Assembly: GCA_963754315.1 (NCBI GenBank)
Contig: CAVWFS010000008.1
Span: 288,001-352,000 of the forward strand
Origin: an uncultured Candidatus Rokubacteria bacterium
GTDB taxonomy: Bacteria; Methylomirabilota; Methylomirabilia; Rokubacteriales; CSP1-6
Length of the DNA stretch: 64,000 nt
Reading direction: 5' to 3'
This document shows positions 52,124 to 62,403 of this stretch, piece by piece (the stretch's first letter is position 1; the number at the start of each line of letters is the position of its first letter). The translations under genes were made by a program, and so were the position numbers. A model generated the notes under the pieces. The model was given only the letters and a program-made list of their open reading frames with translations, was not told the origin of the DNA and searched no databases.

Positions 52124-52545
52124 ATGCGACGTACGCGACCGCTTCCCGCAAATGTGAGAGACCGGCTCGCCACGCTCGGGTCGGTTCTCGATGGGCTGCC
52201 GGCCGTCCGGTTCGCCTACGTGTTCGGCGGGGCGGGGCGGGGAGACCTTCGTCCCCTCAGCGACGTCGACGTGGCGGTGTATCTCGACGAGGCGGTGGAT
52301 CCAGTCCAGGCGCGCCTGGACCTCATCGGATGGTGACGAAGCACCTTGGCACCGACGCGGTCGATCTCGTTGTCATGAACGGTGCCCCGACCGCTCTGCT
52401 CGGGCGAATCGTGGAGTCTCGGCGGGTGATCGCCGAGAAGGACCCATTTCTGCGGCACCGCTTCGAATCGAGGGCCGTCCGGCAGTTCCTGGACTTTCGC
52501 ATCTTCGAACGGCGCTTCCTCGATGCTCGCTTCGCCCGTGGTTGA
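52124..52545 (+). CDS. MNT (MntA-like) minimal nucleotidyltransferase antitoxin (frameshift near 52330)
   Basis: FAYVFGG..RG...SDVDVAV, then VDLVVMNGAP in the next frame. Confidence 0.82.
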
Positions 52546-52952
52546 CCGCGACCTGCTTCGCCGAAAGCTGACAGAGCTGGCCGAGTACGTGAGCCAGGTT
52601 TCCGAGTACCGCGAGCTGACTGTCGAGCGTTACCGGGCCGACTGGAAGACGCAGCGCATCGTCGAGCGCACGCTCCAGATGGCGATCGAGACGTGTCTCG
52701 ACGTGGCGGGCCACGTGATTGCCGACCGGGGCCTGCGCGCTCCGTCAACGTTTGCCGAGACGTTCGAGATTCTTGTGCAGGCACAGCTGATGTCCGCGGA
52801 CCTCGGCCGCGCCATGGTGCAGATGACCGGATTCCGCAATGTCATCGTCCACGAGTACGCGCAGATCGATGTTGATACCGTGATCCGGATTCTCCAGCGA
52901 GCATCTGGAGGACTTTCGCCGTTTCGAGGCCGAAGCCCTGCGCTGGCTGTAG
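52538..52952 (+). CDS. HEPN/DUF86 (HepT-like) RNase toxin (frameshift near 52898)
   Basis: ERTLQMAIE..LD and GFRNVIVHEY (Rx4HxY) motifs. Confidence 0.85.
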
Positions 52953-53127
52953 GAGTGGCGCGTCAGCGAGATACCTGGCCTCGGCCGGTGGAAAGCTCCG
53001 CGCCGGGAGGGAGCGCTTGACAGCTCGCGGTGGGGGCGGGCTATTGGTCTGGCCGTCCGATGAATTCCTCCCGCGCTCGCGCCTTGAAGGCCAGACGTAG
53101 TCCTCCGCGCCTAGGCCTGCGAAGCGC

Positions 53128-53560
53128 GTGGCCACCGTACGCCGCCGCCCCGGGGCAGTCAGCACGGCCACACGCACGCCGGTCGACCGATTGCGAGCGA
53201 TCTGCCTGGCCCTGCCGGAAACGACCGAGAAGCTCGCGTGGGGTGAGCCCACGTGGCGTGTGAAGGGACGGCTCTTCGCCCAGCTCGACGATCACCATCA
53301 CGGGGCCGACCACCTGGCCGTGTGGTTGCCCGCCCCGCTCGGGGAGCAGGAGGCGATGATCTTTTCGGATCCCGCGCAGTTCTTCCGCCCGCCCTACGTG
53401 GGGCATCGAGGTTGGGTCGGCGTGCGTATCGACGGGCGACCCGACTGGACCTTGGTGGCTACGTCTGGTCGAGCAAGCGTATCGGCAGGTGGCGCCATCG
53501 CGCAGGGCTCCGCGCGTGTCCAGGCCGGAACCGCGCGTGCCTACGCGAAGGAGTCGATGA
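53128..53560 (+). CDS. MmcQ/YjbR family protein (frameshift near 53465)
   Basis: LRAICLALPE..EK.AWGEPTW and FFRPPYVGHRGWVG motifs. Confidence 0.82.
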
Positions 53561-54442
53561 TGCGCGTGATCGACATGGAGTGCAGCGTTCCGAAGCGCGC
53601 CCCGAGCGGCGAGGCATCGGTTGCGGACAAGTCACCGGACGCCCCCGTGGCCGAGCGTCCGCCCGGCTACGGCATGGCAAACTACGAGCGCATCTTCCGG
53701 TCGCGCCGGGATGGCGGCGACGCGCGTCCCGATACCGAGCTGTCCGACCTACATGGAGCTGCTCGCCCGTGTCGGCATCGTACGGGCACTACCCTTCGGT
53801 ACCACGAACGACGAGGTCGCTGAACTGCTGCAGGACTACCCGGACCGCTTCCTCGGCCTTGCGCGCATCAGCGGCCTTCACGGCATGCGCGGGGTGCGCG
53901 AGCTGGAGCAGCGGGTGCGCGAGCAGAAGTTCCACGCTCTCGGGGTCTCGGCGCTCGTGGACGGCATTCCCGCCAGCGATCGACGGTACTACCCGCTCTA
54001 CGCCAAGGCCGTCGAGCTCGGCATCCCCGTACGCATCTACTCGTCGATGAACTACGCCACCGACCGCCCTTACGATCTCGGCCACCCGCGGCACCTCGAC
54101 CAGGTGGCCATCGATTTTCCCGAACTGACCATCATCGGCGGGCTCGGAGGCTGGCCGTGGGTGAACGAGATGGTCGCCCTCGTCCGGCGTCATCCGAAGC
54201 TCCACCTCGACACTTCCGCCCATCGCGCCAAGTACCTCGGCCAGCGCGGGTCGGGATGGGAGATGCTGATCCAGTTCGGTAACACGCTCATTCAGGACAA
54301 GGTCCTGGTAGGCCTCTCGGCCGGCCTCGTCGGGCAGCCGCACGAGACCCTGATCCAGGAGTACATGGCGCTGCCGCTCAAGGACACCGTGAAGGAAAAG
54401 TGGCTCTACCGGAACGCCGCGCGCGTGTTCGGGATCGAGTAG
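53557..54442 (+). CDS. Amidohydrolase_2 family protein (frameshift near 53750)
   Basis: NDEVAEL..YPDRF, YPLYAKAVELGIP, DFPEL, GWPW, DTSA and NAARVF motifs. Confidence 0.85.
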
Positions 54443-54840
54443 ATCAGCGCTCGGCGCTGGCGCTTAGCAGCGCAGGAATGTCGGCGATTCACTTCGCGAC
54501 TTCGTATCGCCAGCGTCCGTAGACTGCCTCGAGCGAGTCGTGTCCGCCGCATGGCCCCCCGGTAGTAGGGTGTTGCCCCGGCCGTGTCAGATTCGAGATG
54601 CCGGACGGACTCGGTCTTGCCATCGGGCGACTTCTTGCTTGACAGCCTCTACCGCGTGCATTGGGAGCACGTCGAGAGGGCTCTGCGGATCCCGCCCCAG
54701 GAGGTCGCGCGGGCCCGCCGTCGGCCAGCCGGTTGCGGACTGGACCCAAAATGATTGTTCGTCTCCCAATCGCTCGTCCTTGACGCTCCGTGTGGCTCGG
54801 AAATCGGGGTGTACAGTCGCTCTGCCGGAGGAGACGTGCC

Positions 54841-56250
54841 ATGCAGATCGACTCGCCAATGGTGGTCGCCACTCAGAATCCTGCCGCGGACCTGGATCGG
54901 CTGGGCGATGAGATCGCCGAGCTGTCGGCGCATCTCGAAGCCGCCACGGCTCGCCTCCTCGATCTGATTCGCGAGTTCGACACGCGGGGCGGCTGGAACA
55001 CCGGCTTCAGTTCCTGCGCCGCCTGGCTGAGCTGGCGCGTCGGCCTCGATCCAGGTGCCGCCCGGGAGCGCGTTCGGGTCGCCCGCGCGCTGGAGACACT
55101 CCCGCTGCTCGCCCAGGCCCTGGCCTGCGGCGAGCTGTCCTACGCCAAGGTCCGGGCGCTGACTCGGGTGGCCACGCCGGAGACCGAAGCGCGACTGCTG
55201 GCGGTGGGGCGCGCGGGCACGGCCGATCACGTGGAGCGCATCGTGCGGGGCTGGCGGCGCGTGGACCGCCTGGCCGAGGCACGGGAAGCGGCCCGGCAGC
55301 ACAAGAGCCGTGCGCTGCACGTGTTCCAGGACGAGGACGGCATGGTGGTGGTCCGAGGACGGTTGGAGCCGGAAGCCGGAGCGCTGCTTTTAAAGGCGCT
55401 GGCCGCCGCGCGCGAGAAGCTATATCAGCGGGCACGCGCCGACGAGACGGGCCCCGGCCTGAACGATCCGGCGGCGGAGCCTCCAACCATGGCCCAGCAG
55501 CAGGCCGACGCCCTGTCCCTGCTCGCGGAGAGCGCGCTGCACCACGAACTGGATCCGGGCGCGCCGGGCGAGCGCTACCAGGTGGTGGTCCACGTCGATG
55601 CCGCGGTGCTCGCGGATCCCGATCAGCCCGGCCAGTCGGTCCTCGAGGAGGGCGTGCGCGTTTCTGCAGAAACGTCTCGCCGCCTGGCGTGCGACGCGAG
55701 CCGGGTGGTGATGCGCCATGACGAAGAGGGACGCCTGCTGGACGTCGGGGCGCGGACGCGGACGATTCCGCCGGCGCTGCGGCGCGCGCTTCACCACCGG
55801 GATCGCGGCTGCCGCTTCCCGGGCTGCGGCGGCCGCTTCACGCAGGGGCATCACCTCCGTCACTGGGCGCAGGGAGGCCCGACCACGCTCTCGAACCTGG
55901 CCCTGCTCTGTCGCCGGCACCACCGCGCGGTGCACGAGGAGGGCTACGAGGTCGCGCGCGAGCCCGACGGCGCCCTCTGCTTCCGGCGACCGGACGGTCG
56001 GCTCCTGCCGGAGGTGCCGCCGCCGGTCGCGGCGCCTGCCGATCCGGTCAATGTGCTCCGGACGCAGCACGACGCACAGGGGGTTCGCCTCCACGCACAG
56101 ACGCTGACCGCCGGCTGGCTCGGGGAAGGCTTGAATCTCAGCTGGGCGATCGCCGTCCTGCATCCGCTGGCTCAGCGCCCGTCTACCATCGTCCGGGCAG
56201 CTGAGCCCGACTCGAGCGACGAGTTGACCGAACCGCAATGCAACTTCTGA
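54841..56250 (+). CDS. DUF222 domain HNH endonuclease
   Basis: CAAWLSWR, RRLACDA, RDRGCRFPGC, HHLRHW..GG.T..NL.LLCRRHH motifs. Confidence 0.9.
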   Translation: MQIDSPMVVATQNPAADLDRLGDEIAELSAHLEAATARLLDLIREFDTRGGWNTGFSSCAAWLSWRVGLDPGAARERVRVARALETLPLLAQALACGELSYAKVRALTRVATPETEARLLAVGRAGTADHVERIVRGWRRVDRLAEAREAARQHKSRALHVFQDEDGMVVVRGRLEPEAGALLLKALAAAREKLYQRARADETGPGLNDPAAEPPTMAQQQADALSLLAESALHHELDPGAPGERYQVVVHVDAAVLADPDQPGQSVLEEGVRVSAETSRRLACDASRVVMRHDEEGRLLDVGARTRTIPPALRRALHHRDRGCRFPGCGGRFTQGHHLRHWAQGGPTTLSNLALLCRRHHRAVHEEGYEVAREPDGALCFRRPDGRLLPEVPPPVAAPADPVNVLRTQHDAQGVRLHAQTLTAGWLGEGLNLSWAIAVLHPLAQRPSTIVRAAEPDSSDELTEPQCNF

Positions 56251-56400
56251 ACGGGACACTCGCTGCCACTACGACCTTGGTCGGACTCCAGCTCATCCGT
56301 CGCACGACGGCACAAGCAAAGCGCCGACGACATGACCCGGAGCTGAATGCGCTAGAATCGCGTCGCCAATCGAGCCGGCAGACAGACGGGAGGGCACGCC

Positions 56401-57219
56401 ATGGACCTGGGCCTTAGCGGGAAGCGGGCGATCGTCACCGGAGGCAGCCTCGGCATCGGCAAGGCCATCGCGCGGGAACTAGCCCGCGAAGGCGTGGACG
56501 TCGCGATCGTGGCGCGCTCCAAGGATCAGCTCGAGGCCACGGCACGCGAGATCGCCGGCGAGACCGGGCGGCGAATCATCCCGTTGGCAGCCGATGTCAC
56601 CAGCAAGGCACAGGTGGATGCGATGGTGGCCCAGGCAGCAGCGCAGCTTGGCGGGCTGCACATCCTGGTGAACAGCGGTTCTCCGCCTGGAGGGTCGCCC
56701 ACGGCCACCGGTCCCATCGAAAGCGTGGTCGATGAGGACCTCTTGCACGACTTCAACGTGAAGTACGTGGGCGCCTTGCGCTGCGCGCGGGCGGCCATTC
56801 CCCATCTCAAGGAGCAGAAGTGGGGTCGCATCATCAACATCAGCGGGACCAACGCCCGCAACGCCGGCAACCTGAGCGGGGGAGCGCGCAATACCTCACT
56901 TGTGCATCTCACGAAAACCCTGGCTGTCCAGCTCGGCCGCTTCGGGATCACCGTCAACTGCGTCCACCCCGGCATCACGCGTACAGAGCGCACTCCGCGC
57001 CTGCTGGCCGCGCGCGCGGCCGAGCTGCGTGTAGCTCCCGAGGAAGCGGAGCGGGCGGACTTTGCCCCCGATTCCCCGCGCGGCAATGCCATCTGCCGCA
57101 TGGTCGACGCGGCGGAGATCGCCTATGTGACAGCGTTTCTGGCGTCAGACAAGGCCTGGGCCGTCACCGGCGAGCTCGTCGTGGCGACCGGGGGCGCCGG
57201 CCGGGCCGTGTACTACTGA
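56401..57219 (+). CDS. SDR family oxidoreductase
   Basis: TGGSLGIG, GRIINIS and NCVHPG motifs. Confidence 0.9.
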   Translation: MDLGLSGKRAIVTGGSLGIGKAIARELAREGVDVAIVARSKDQLEATAREIAGETGRRIIPLAADVTSKAQVDAMVAQAAAQLGGLHILVNSGSPPGGSPTATGPIESVVDEDLLHDFNVKYVGALRCARAAIPHLKEQKWGRIINISGTNARNAGNLSGGARNTSLVHLTKTLAVQLGRFGITVNCVHPGITRTERTPRLLAARAAELRVAPEEAERADFAPDSPRGNAICRMVDAAEIAYVTAFLASDKAWAVTGELVVATGGAGRAVYY

Positions 57220-57238
57220 CGGAAGGCGATCAGCCCCT

Positions 57239-59596
57239 GTGCCCTCCTCGGTGCCCGTGACCAGTGTCGGCATCGGCGTCTCGGTCAAGCGGGTCGAGGA
57301 CGCTCGGCTGCTCACCGGTCAGGGGCGCTACGCCGAGGACTGGAACGCGCTGGACCAGGTCTACGCCGCTTTCGTGCGCTCGCCTCACGCGCACGCCGAC
57401 GTGGTGGCGGTCGATGCTGGCCGGGCCCGCGAGATCCGTGGTGTCATCGCCGTGCTCAGCGGGCGCGATCTCCTGGCCGACGGGATCGGAGTAATCCCGA
57501 CCTTAATTGCTGAACGCGGCGGCGGGATTCGCAGTCGCGACGGGTCGCCCTTCGCCGATCCACCCTGGTATCCGCTGGCAACGCAGCGGGTGCGCTATGT
57601 CGGCGAGGCGGTCGCTGTCGTGCTCGGGGCCACCCCGGCTTCGGCGCATGATGGCGCGGCAGCGGTGAGCGTGCATTACACGCCGCTGTCCGCCGTCGTC
57701 AACGGTGTGGCGGCCCTCGCGGAAGGCGCACCCCAGCTTCACGCCGGCGTGATGGGTAACCGCGTTTACGACTGGGAATGCGGCGAGCCCGACGCGGTCG
57801 CGCGCGCCATCGCCGGCGCCGCGCACGTCACCCGGCTCACGGTCGTGGACAACCGGCTCGTCACCTGCTTCATGGAGCCGCGGGCTGCCCTCGCCGAGTG
57901 GGATGCTGGTGCCGGGCGCTACACGCTCTACGCCTCGCTGCAGACGGTACATCAGCTGGCCGCGAATCTCGCCCGCATCCTCGGCGTCGCCGTCGATCGT
58001 GTGCGCTGCGTGACCGGTGACGTCGGCGGCGGCTTCGGCTCCAAGATCCAGACGTACCCCGAGTATGTCGTGCTTGCGTGGGCGGCCCGGCGCCTGGGTC
58101 GTCCAGTGAAATGGGTGTCGAGCCGGACGGAGGGATTCCTCAGCGATGCCCAGTCGCGTGATCACCTCCTCGAAGGGGAGCTTGCCCTCGATGCGGCCGG
58201 GCGCATCACCGCGCTCCGCGTGCACTCGACGTCGAACCTGGGTGCCTATGTTGCGCCGTGCATTCCCGTCTCCACCCTGACCAACATGGAGCGGATGATC
58301 TCCGGGCTCTACGCCATCCCGGCCATCCACCTCCGCGTCGAGGGGGTACTCACGAACACCGTCCCCATCAACGTCTATCGGGGTGTCGGGCGTCTCGAGT
58401 GCGTCTACACGGTGGAGCGGTTGGTCGAGCGCGCCGCGCGCGAGACCGGGCGCGACCCAACGACGTTCCGGCGCGCCCACATGGTGCGCGCTTTCCCGTA
58501 CCGGACGGCAACTGGCGCTATCTACGATTCGGGCGACTACGTGGCCCGGCTCGAGGAGGCGATCACAAACGCCGATGTCGCCGGCTTTGCGGCACGGCGC
58601 GCCGAGGCGAGTCTGCGGGGCAGACTGCGAGGAATCGGCGTCGGGCCCTACGTGGAGGGGACAGGGGGGGTGCCCCAAGAGTTCGCCGAGGTACGAGTGC
58701 GGCCCACCGGCCTCGTCGAGGTGCCGATCGGCAGCCAGTCACAGGGCCAGGGCCACGAGACCGTCTTCGCTCAGGTCGTGGCCGAGCGCCTCGGCGTGCC
58801 CTTCGAGTGCGTGCGCATCGTGATGGGTGACACCGATCGGGTGGCGAAGGGTGTTGGCACGTTTGCCTCACGCTCCATGGTGAGAGGGGGCGGCGCGGCC
58901 GTCGAGGCAGTGGACACTCTCGTGAGGGCCGGCCGCGCCATGGCGGCGCATCTGCTCGAGGCGGCGCCGGCCGACATCGAGTACGGGGGCGGCACCTTCC
59001 GGGTCGTGGGAACTGACAGGAGCATCGGCCTCTTCGAGGTTGCCAGCGCAGCCGCCTCGGGTCGGCTGCCGCCGGCTTTCGGCACCACGCTCGGCGCCGC
59101 CACCATGCACGAGAACCCGGCTTTCGCCTTCGCCAACGGCTGCGAGGTCTGCGAGCTGGAGGTAGACCCGGAGACGGGCGCGGTACACATCGTGGCCCTG
59201 ACCATGGTCGACGACTCTGGACGCTCGGTGAACCCGATGATCGTGCACGGCCAGCAACACGGTGCGGTGGCACAGGGTATCGGCCAGGCGCTGCACGAGC
59301 GATGCGTCTACGATGCGACCACAGGACAGCTGCTGTCGGGCTCGTTTCTGGACTACGCCATCCCGCGCGCGGCCGACCTCCCGGCTATCGATGTCACCAG
59401 TCGCGATGTGCTGAGCCCCACCAACGCGCTCGGCGTCAAGGGCGCCGGAGAGGGGGGCACGGTCGGCGCGCCGGGAGCCGTCATCCACGCCATCCTCGAT
59501 GCGCTGGCTCCCCTCGGGGTGACGGATATCGACATGCCGGCCACTCCCGAGGCGGTGTGGCGGGCCATCGTGAACGCACGAGGGTCGTCCGGTTGA
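57239..59596 (+). CDS. Xanthine dehydrogenase/CoxL-like Mo-binding subunit
   Basis: RVEDARLLTG, GGGFGSK, VYRGVGR, QGQGHET and GVKGAGE motifs. Confidence 0.92.
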   Translation: MPSSVPVTSVGIGVSVKRVEDARLLTGQGRYAEDWNALDQVYAAFVRSPHAHADVVAVDAGRAREIRGVIAVLSGRDLLADGIGVIPTLIAERGGGIRSRDGSPFADPPWYPLATQRVRYVGEAVAVVLGATPASAHDGAAAVSVHYTPLSAVVNGVAALAEGAPQLHAGVMGNRVYDWECGEPDAVARAIAGAAHVTRLTVVDNRLVTCFMEPRAALAEWDAGAGRYTLYASLQTVHQLAANLARILGVAVDRVRCVTGDVGGGFGSKIQTYPEYVVLAWAARRLGRPVKWVSSRTEGFLSDAQSRDHLLEGELALDAAGRITALRVHSTSNLGAYVAPCIPVSTLTNMERMISGLYAIPAIHLRVEGVLTNTVPINVYRGVGRLECVYTVERLVERAARETGRDPTTFRRAHMVRAFPYRTATGAIYDSGDYVARLEEAITNADVAGFAARRAEASLRGRLRGIGVGPYVEGTGGVPQEFAEVRVRPTGLVEVPIGSQSQGQGHETVFAQVVAERLGVPFECVRIVMGDTDRVAKGVGTFASRSMVRGGGAAVEAVDTLVRAGRAMAAHLLEAAPADIEYGGGTFRVVGTDRSIGLFEVASAAASGRLPPAFGTTLGAATMHENPAFAFANGCEVCELEVDPETGAVHIVALTMVDDSGRSVNPMIVHGQQHGAVAQGIGQALHERCVYDATTGQLLSGSFLDYAIPRAADLPAIDVTSRDVLSPTNALGVKGAGEGGTVGAPGAVIHAILDALAPLGVTDIDMPATPEAVWRAIVNARGSSG

Positions 59597-59677
59597 CAGG
59601 CCTCGCGCCTGCCGGATAATGACGCCGCTTGGCGTGCTCGACACGCCGCTCGAATATCGCTGCCCACGAGGAGGTCG

Positions 59678-61213
59678 ATGATGCGTCCTGTCCGATCTGC
59701 CGCCGTCTGTGCTGTGCTGGCCCTGCTCGCTCTCGCCGCGCCCGCGGCCGCGGCCCCCGAAGGTCAGATGACCTGGGGTGTGCACATCTCGCTGGCGCCA
59801 AAGTGGTTCGATCCCGCCGAGACGGAGGGGATCATCACGCCGTTCATGGTGATGTACGCGCTGCATGACGCGCTGGTCAAAGCGATGCCCGGGAACCCGA
59901 CCGCCTCCAGCCTGGCCGAGTCCTGGCAGGCGTCGGCAGACGGCCGCGTGTATGATTTCACCCTGCGCAAGGGTGTGAAGTTCCACAACGGCGAGCCGCT
60001 CACCGCCGAGGACGTGAAGTTCTCCTTCGAGCGTTACCGTGGCGCCGCGTCCAAGGCCATCAAGGACCGCGTGGCCGCCGTGGAAACGCCAGGGCCGCTG
60101 CAGGTACGCTTTCGGCTGAAGACCCCGTGGCCCGACTTCATGACCTTCTACACCGCGGCCAGCGGCGCGGGCTGGATCGTCCCCAAGAAATACGTCGAGA
60201 AGGTCGGGGACGAAGGTTACAAGAAAGCGCCCGTCGGCGCTGGGCCATACAAGTTCGTCTCCTTCACGCCGGGTGTCGAGCTGGTCATGGAGGCGTTCGA
60301 GGGTTACTGGCGCAAGACACCGAGCGTGAAGCGGCTCGTCTTCAAGGTCGTACCGGATGAAACCACCCGGCTGGCCGCCTTGAAGCGGGGCGAGATCGAT
60401 GTGGTGTACTCGATCCGCGGCGAGCTCGCCGAGGAGCTGCAGCGCACACCAGGCCTCACCCTGAAGCCGACGGTCATCCAGGCTCCGCAGTGGGTCAGCA
60501 TGCTGGACCAGTGGGATCCGAAGTCGCCCTGGTACGACAAGCGCGTGCGCCTGGCCGCCAACCTGGCCATCGATCGCAAGGCCATCAACCAGGCCATCAC
60601 CCTCGGGCACTCGAAGCTGACGTACAGCATCATCCCCAGCAGCTTCGACTTCTACTGGCAGCCGCCCACTGCCTACCCCTTCGATCCGGCGCAGGCCAAG
60701 AAGCTTCTCGCCGAGGCCGGTTTCGCGGGCGGGTTCGACGCGGGCGACTACTTCCTGGATATCTCGTATGCCAACGTGCAGGAGGCCATCGCCAACTACT
60801 TGCAGCAGGTCGGTATTCGTACCCGCCTGAAGCCGGTTGAGCGCGCGGCGCACTGGGGCAACTACACCGACAAGAAGTACAAGAACCTCGCCTATACAGC
60901 GAGCGGCGCCTTCGGCAACGCGGCCACGCGCCTGGAGACCTTCGTCGTGGCCGGCGGCGCCTACGTCTACGGCAGCTATCCGGATATCGACTCACTCTTC
61001 AAGGATCAGGCGGCGGAGCTGGATCGCAAGAAGCGGGAGGTGCTCCTGCACAAGATCCAGCAGCTCATGCATGAGAAGGCGATGCACATCCCGATCTGGG
61101 AGCTGGCCTTCATCAACGGCTTCGGCTCGCGGGTCCAGGAGTCCGGCCTCGGTCTGATCCCGGGCCACGCCTACTCGGCGCCCTACGAAGATGTGATGCT
61201 CAAGGCGAAGTGA
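59678..61213 (+). CDS. ABC transporter substrate-binding protein (family 5, peptide/nickel)
   Basis: Signal peptide; LAESW, LRKGVKFHNG, AEDVKFS and GAGPYKF motifs. Confidence 0.92.
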   Translation: MMRPVRSAAVCAVLALLALAAPAAAAPEGQMTWGVHISLAPKWFDPAETEGIITPFMVMYALHDALVKAMPGNPTASSLAESWQASADGRVYDFTLRKGVKFHNGEPLTAEDVKFSFERYRGAASKAIKDRVAAVETPGPLQVRFRLKTPWPDFMTFYTAASGAGWIVPKKYVEKVGDEGYKKAPVGAGPYKFVSFTPGVELVMEAFEGYWRKTPSVKRLVFKVVPDETTRLAALKRGEIDVVYSIRGELAEELQRTPGLTLKPTVIQAPQWVSMLDQWDPKSPWYDKRVRLAANLAIDRKAINQAITLGHSKLTYSIIPSSFDFYWQPPTAYPFDPAQAKKLLAEAGFAGGFDAGDYFLDISYANVQEAIANYLQQVGIRTRLKPVERAAHWGNYTDKKYKNLAYTASGAFGNAATRLETFVVAGGAYVYGSYPDIDSLFKDQAAELDRKKREVLLHKIQQLMHEKAMHIPIWELAFINGFGSRVQESGLGLIPGHAYSAPYEDVMLKAK

Positions 61214-61223
61214 CGGTTCTTTG

Positions 61224-62403
61224 ATGATCTCCCGGGCCGTTGCCGAGAACCTGACGAAGGCGTCGTGGATCCGCCGCATGTTCGAGGAGGGAGCCCGTCT
61301 CAAGCGGGAACGCGGCGCCGACAAGGTCTTCGACTTCACCCTCGGCAACCCCGAGATCGAGCCGCCGCCAGCGGTGCTGGCTGCCGCGCGTCGCGTGCTG
61401 GAAAGCGACGCGCGACACCTGCACGCCTACATGCCCAACGCCGGCCTCGCCCCGGTCCGCGAGGCCGTCGCCCGGCGCCTGGTGGCGGCCACGGGGCTTC
61501 CTTACACCGCTAACCACGTGATCATGACGGTGGGGGCGGGGGCCGCGCTCAACACCGTGCTCAAGGCCATCCTCAATCCGGGTGACGAGGTCGTCACGGT
61601 GGCGCCCTTCTTCGCCGAGTACGTGTTCTATGCCGAGAATCACGGCGGACGACTGGTCGTGGTGCCCCCCCGGGACGATCTCACTCCGGACATCGCGAAG
61701 CTCGCGGCCGCCATCACGCCCCGCACGCGGGCCATCCTGCTCAACTCGCCCAACAATCCGAGCGGGGTCATCTATCCGGCCTCCACCTTCGTGGAGATCG
61801 AGGCGCTGCTCGGCTCGCCTCGCGCAGCCCATCGTTCTGATCAGCGACGAGCCCTATCGGGCCCTCGTCTTCGACGGCGCGGTGCCGCCCGAGGTGCCGC
61901 CCCTGGTCACTCGCTGCATCGTGGCCACGTCCTGGTCGAAGTCGCTGGCCCTTCCGGGCGAACGGATCGGGTATCTGGCGTTTTCACCGCGGATGTCAGA
62001 GGCGGCCGAGCTGTTCGAGGCCTGCACGTTCACCAACAGGGTCCTCGGGTTCGTGAATGCGCCGGCCCTGTGGCAGTGGGTGGTGGCCGAGGTGGGTGAT
62101 CAGACGATCGACGTGGCCCCGTATCGGGAAAAGCGCGATCTCATGTACGAGGGGCTGACCCAGATCGGCTACCAGTGCGTGAAGCCCCAGGGCGCCTTCT
62201 ACGTGTTCCCACGGACGCCCATCGACGACGACGTTGCCTTCGTCCGCATGCTGGCCGAGGAGAACGTGCTCACGGTGCCAGGCTCCGGCTTCGGCATGGC
62301 GGGCCACATCCGCATTTCGCTGACGGTGGAGCGCGACACCGTGGTGAGAGCTCTGCCCGGCTTCGAGCGCGCGTTTCGCCGAGCCCGCCGGGACGCAGCG
62401 TGA
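61224..62403 (+). CDS. PLP-dependent aminotransferase class I/II (frameshift near 61815)
   Basis: LGNP, NSPNNPSG, SDEPY and SWSKSLALPGERIG motifs. Confidence 0.9.

Noticed and set aside
54443..54840. Possible small gene or relic before the HNH gene
   Set aside because: The short ORFs show no family motif or RBS that I can support.
14210..60853. Long antisense ORFs such as 14210..16012, 44637..46205 and 58868..60853
   Set aside because: Shadow ORFs of high-GC genes on the opposite strand, with no recognisable motifs.
4589..62403. About 17 frameshifted genes as pseudogenes or programmed frameshifts
   Set aside because: Single-base indels are spread over unrelated genes with otherwise intact motifs and no slippery-site pattern; most consistent with long-read consensus errors.
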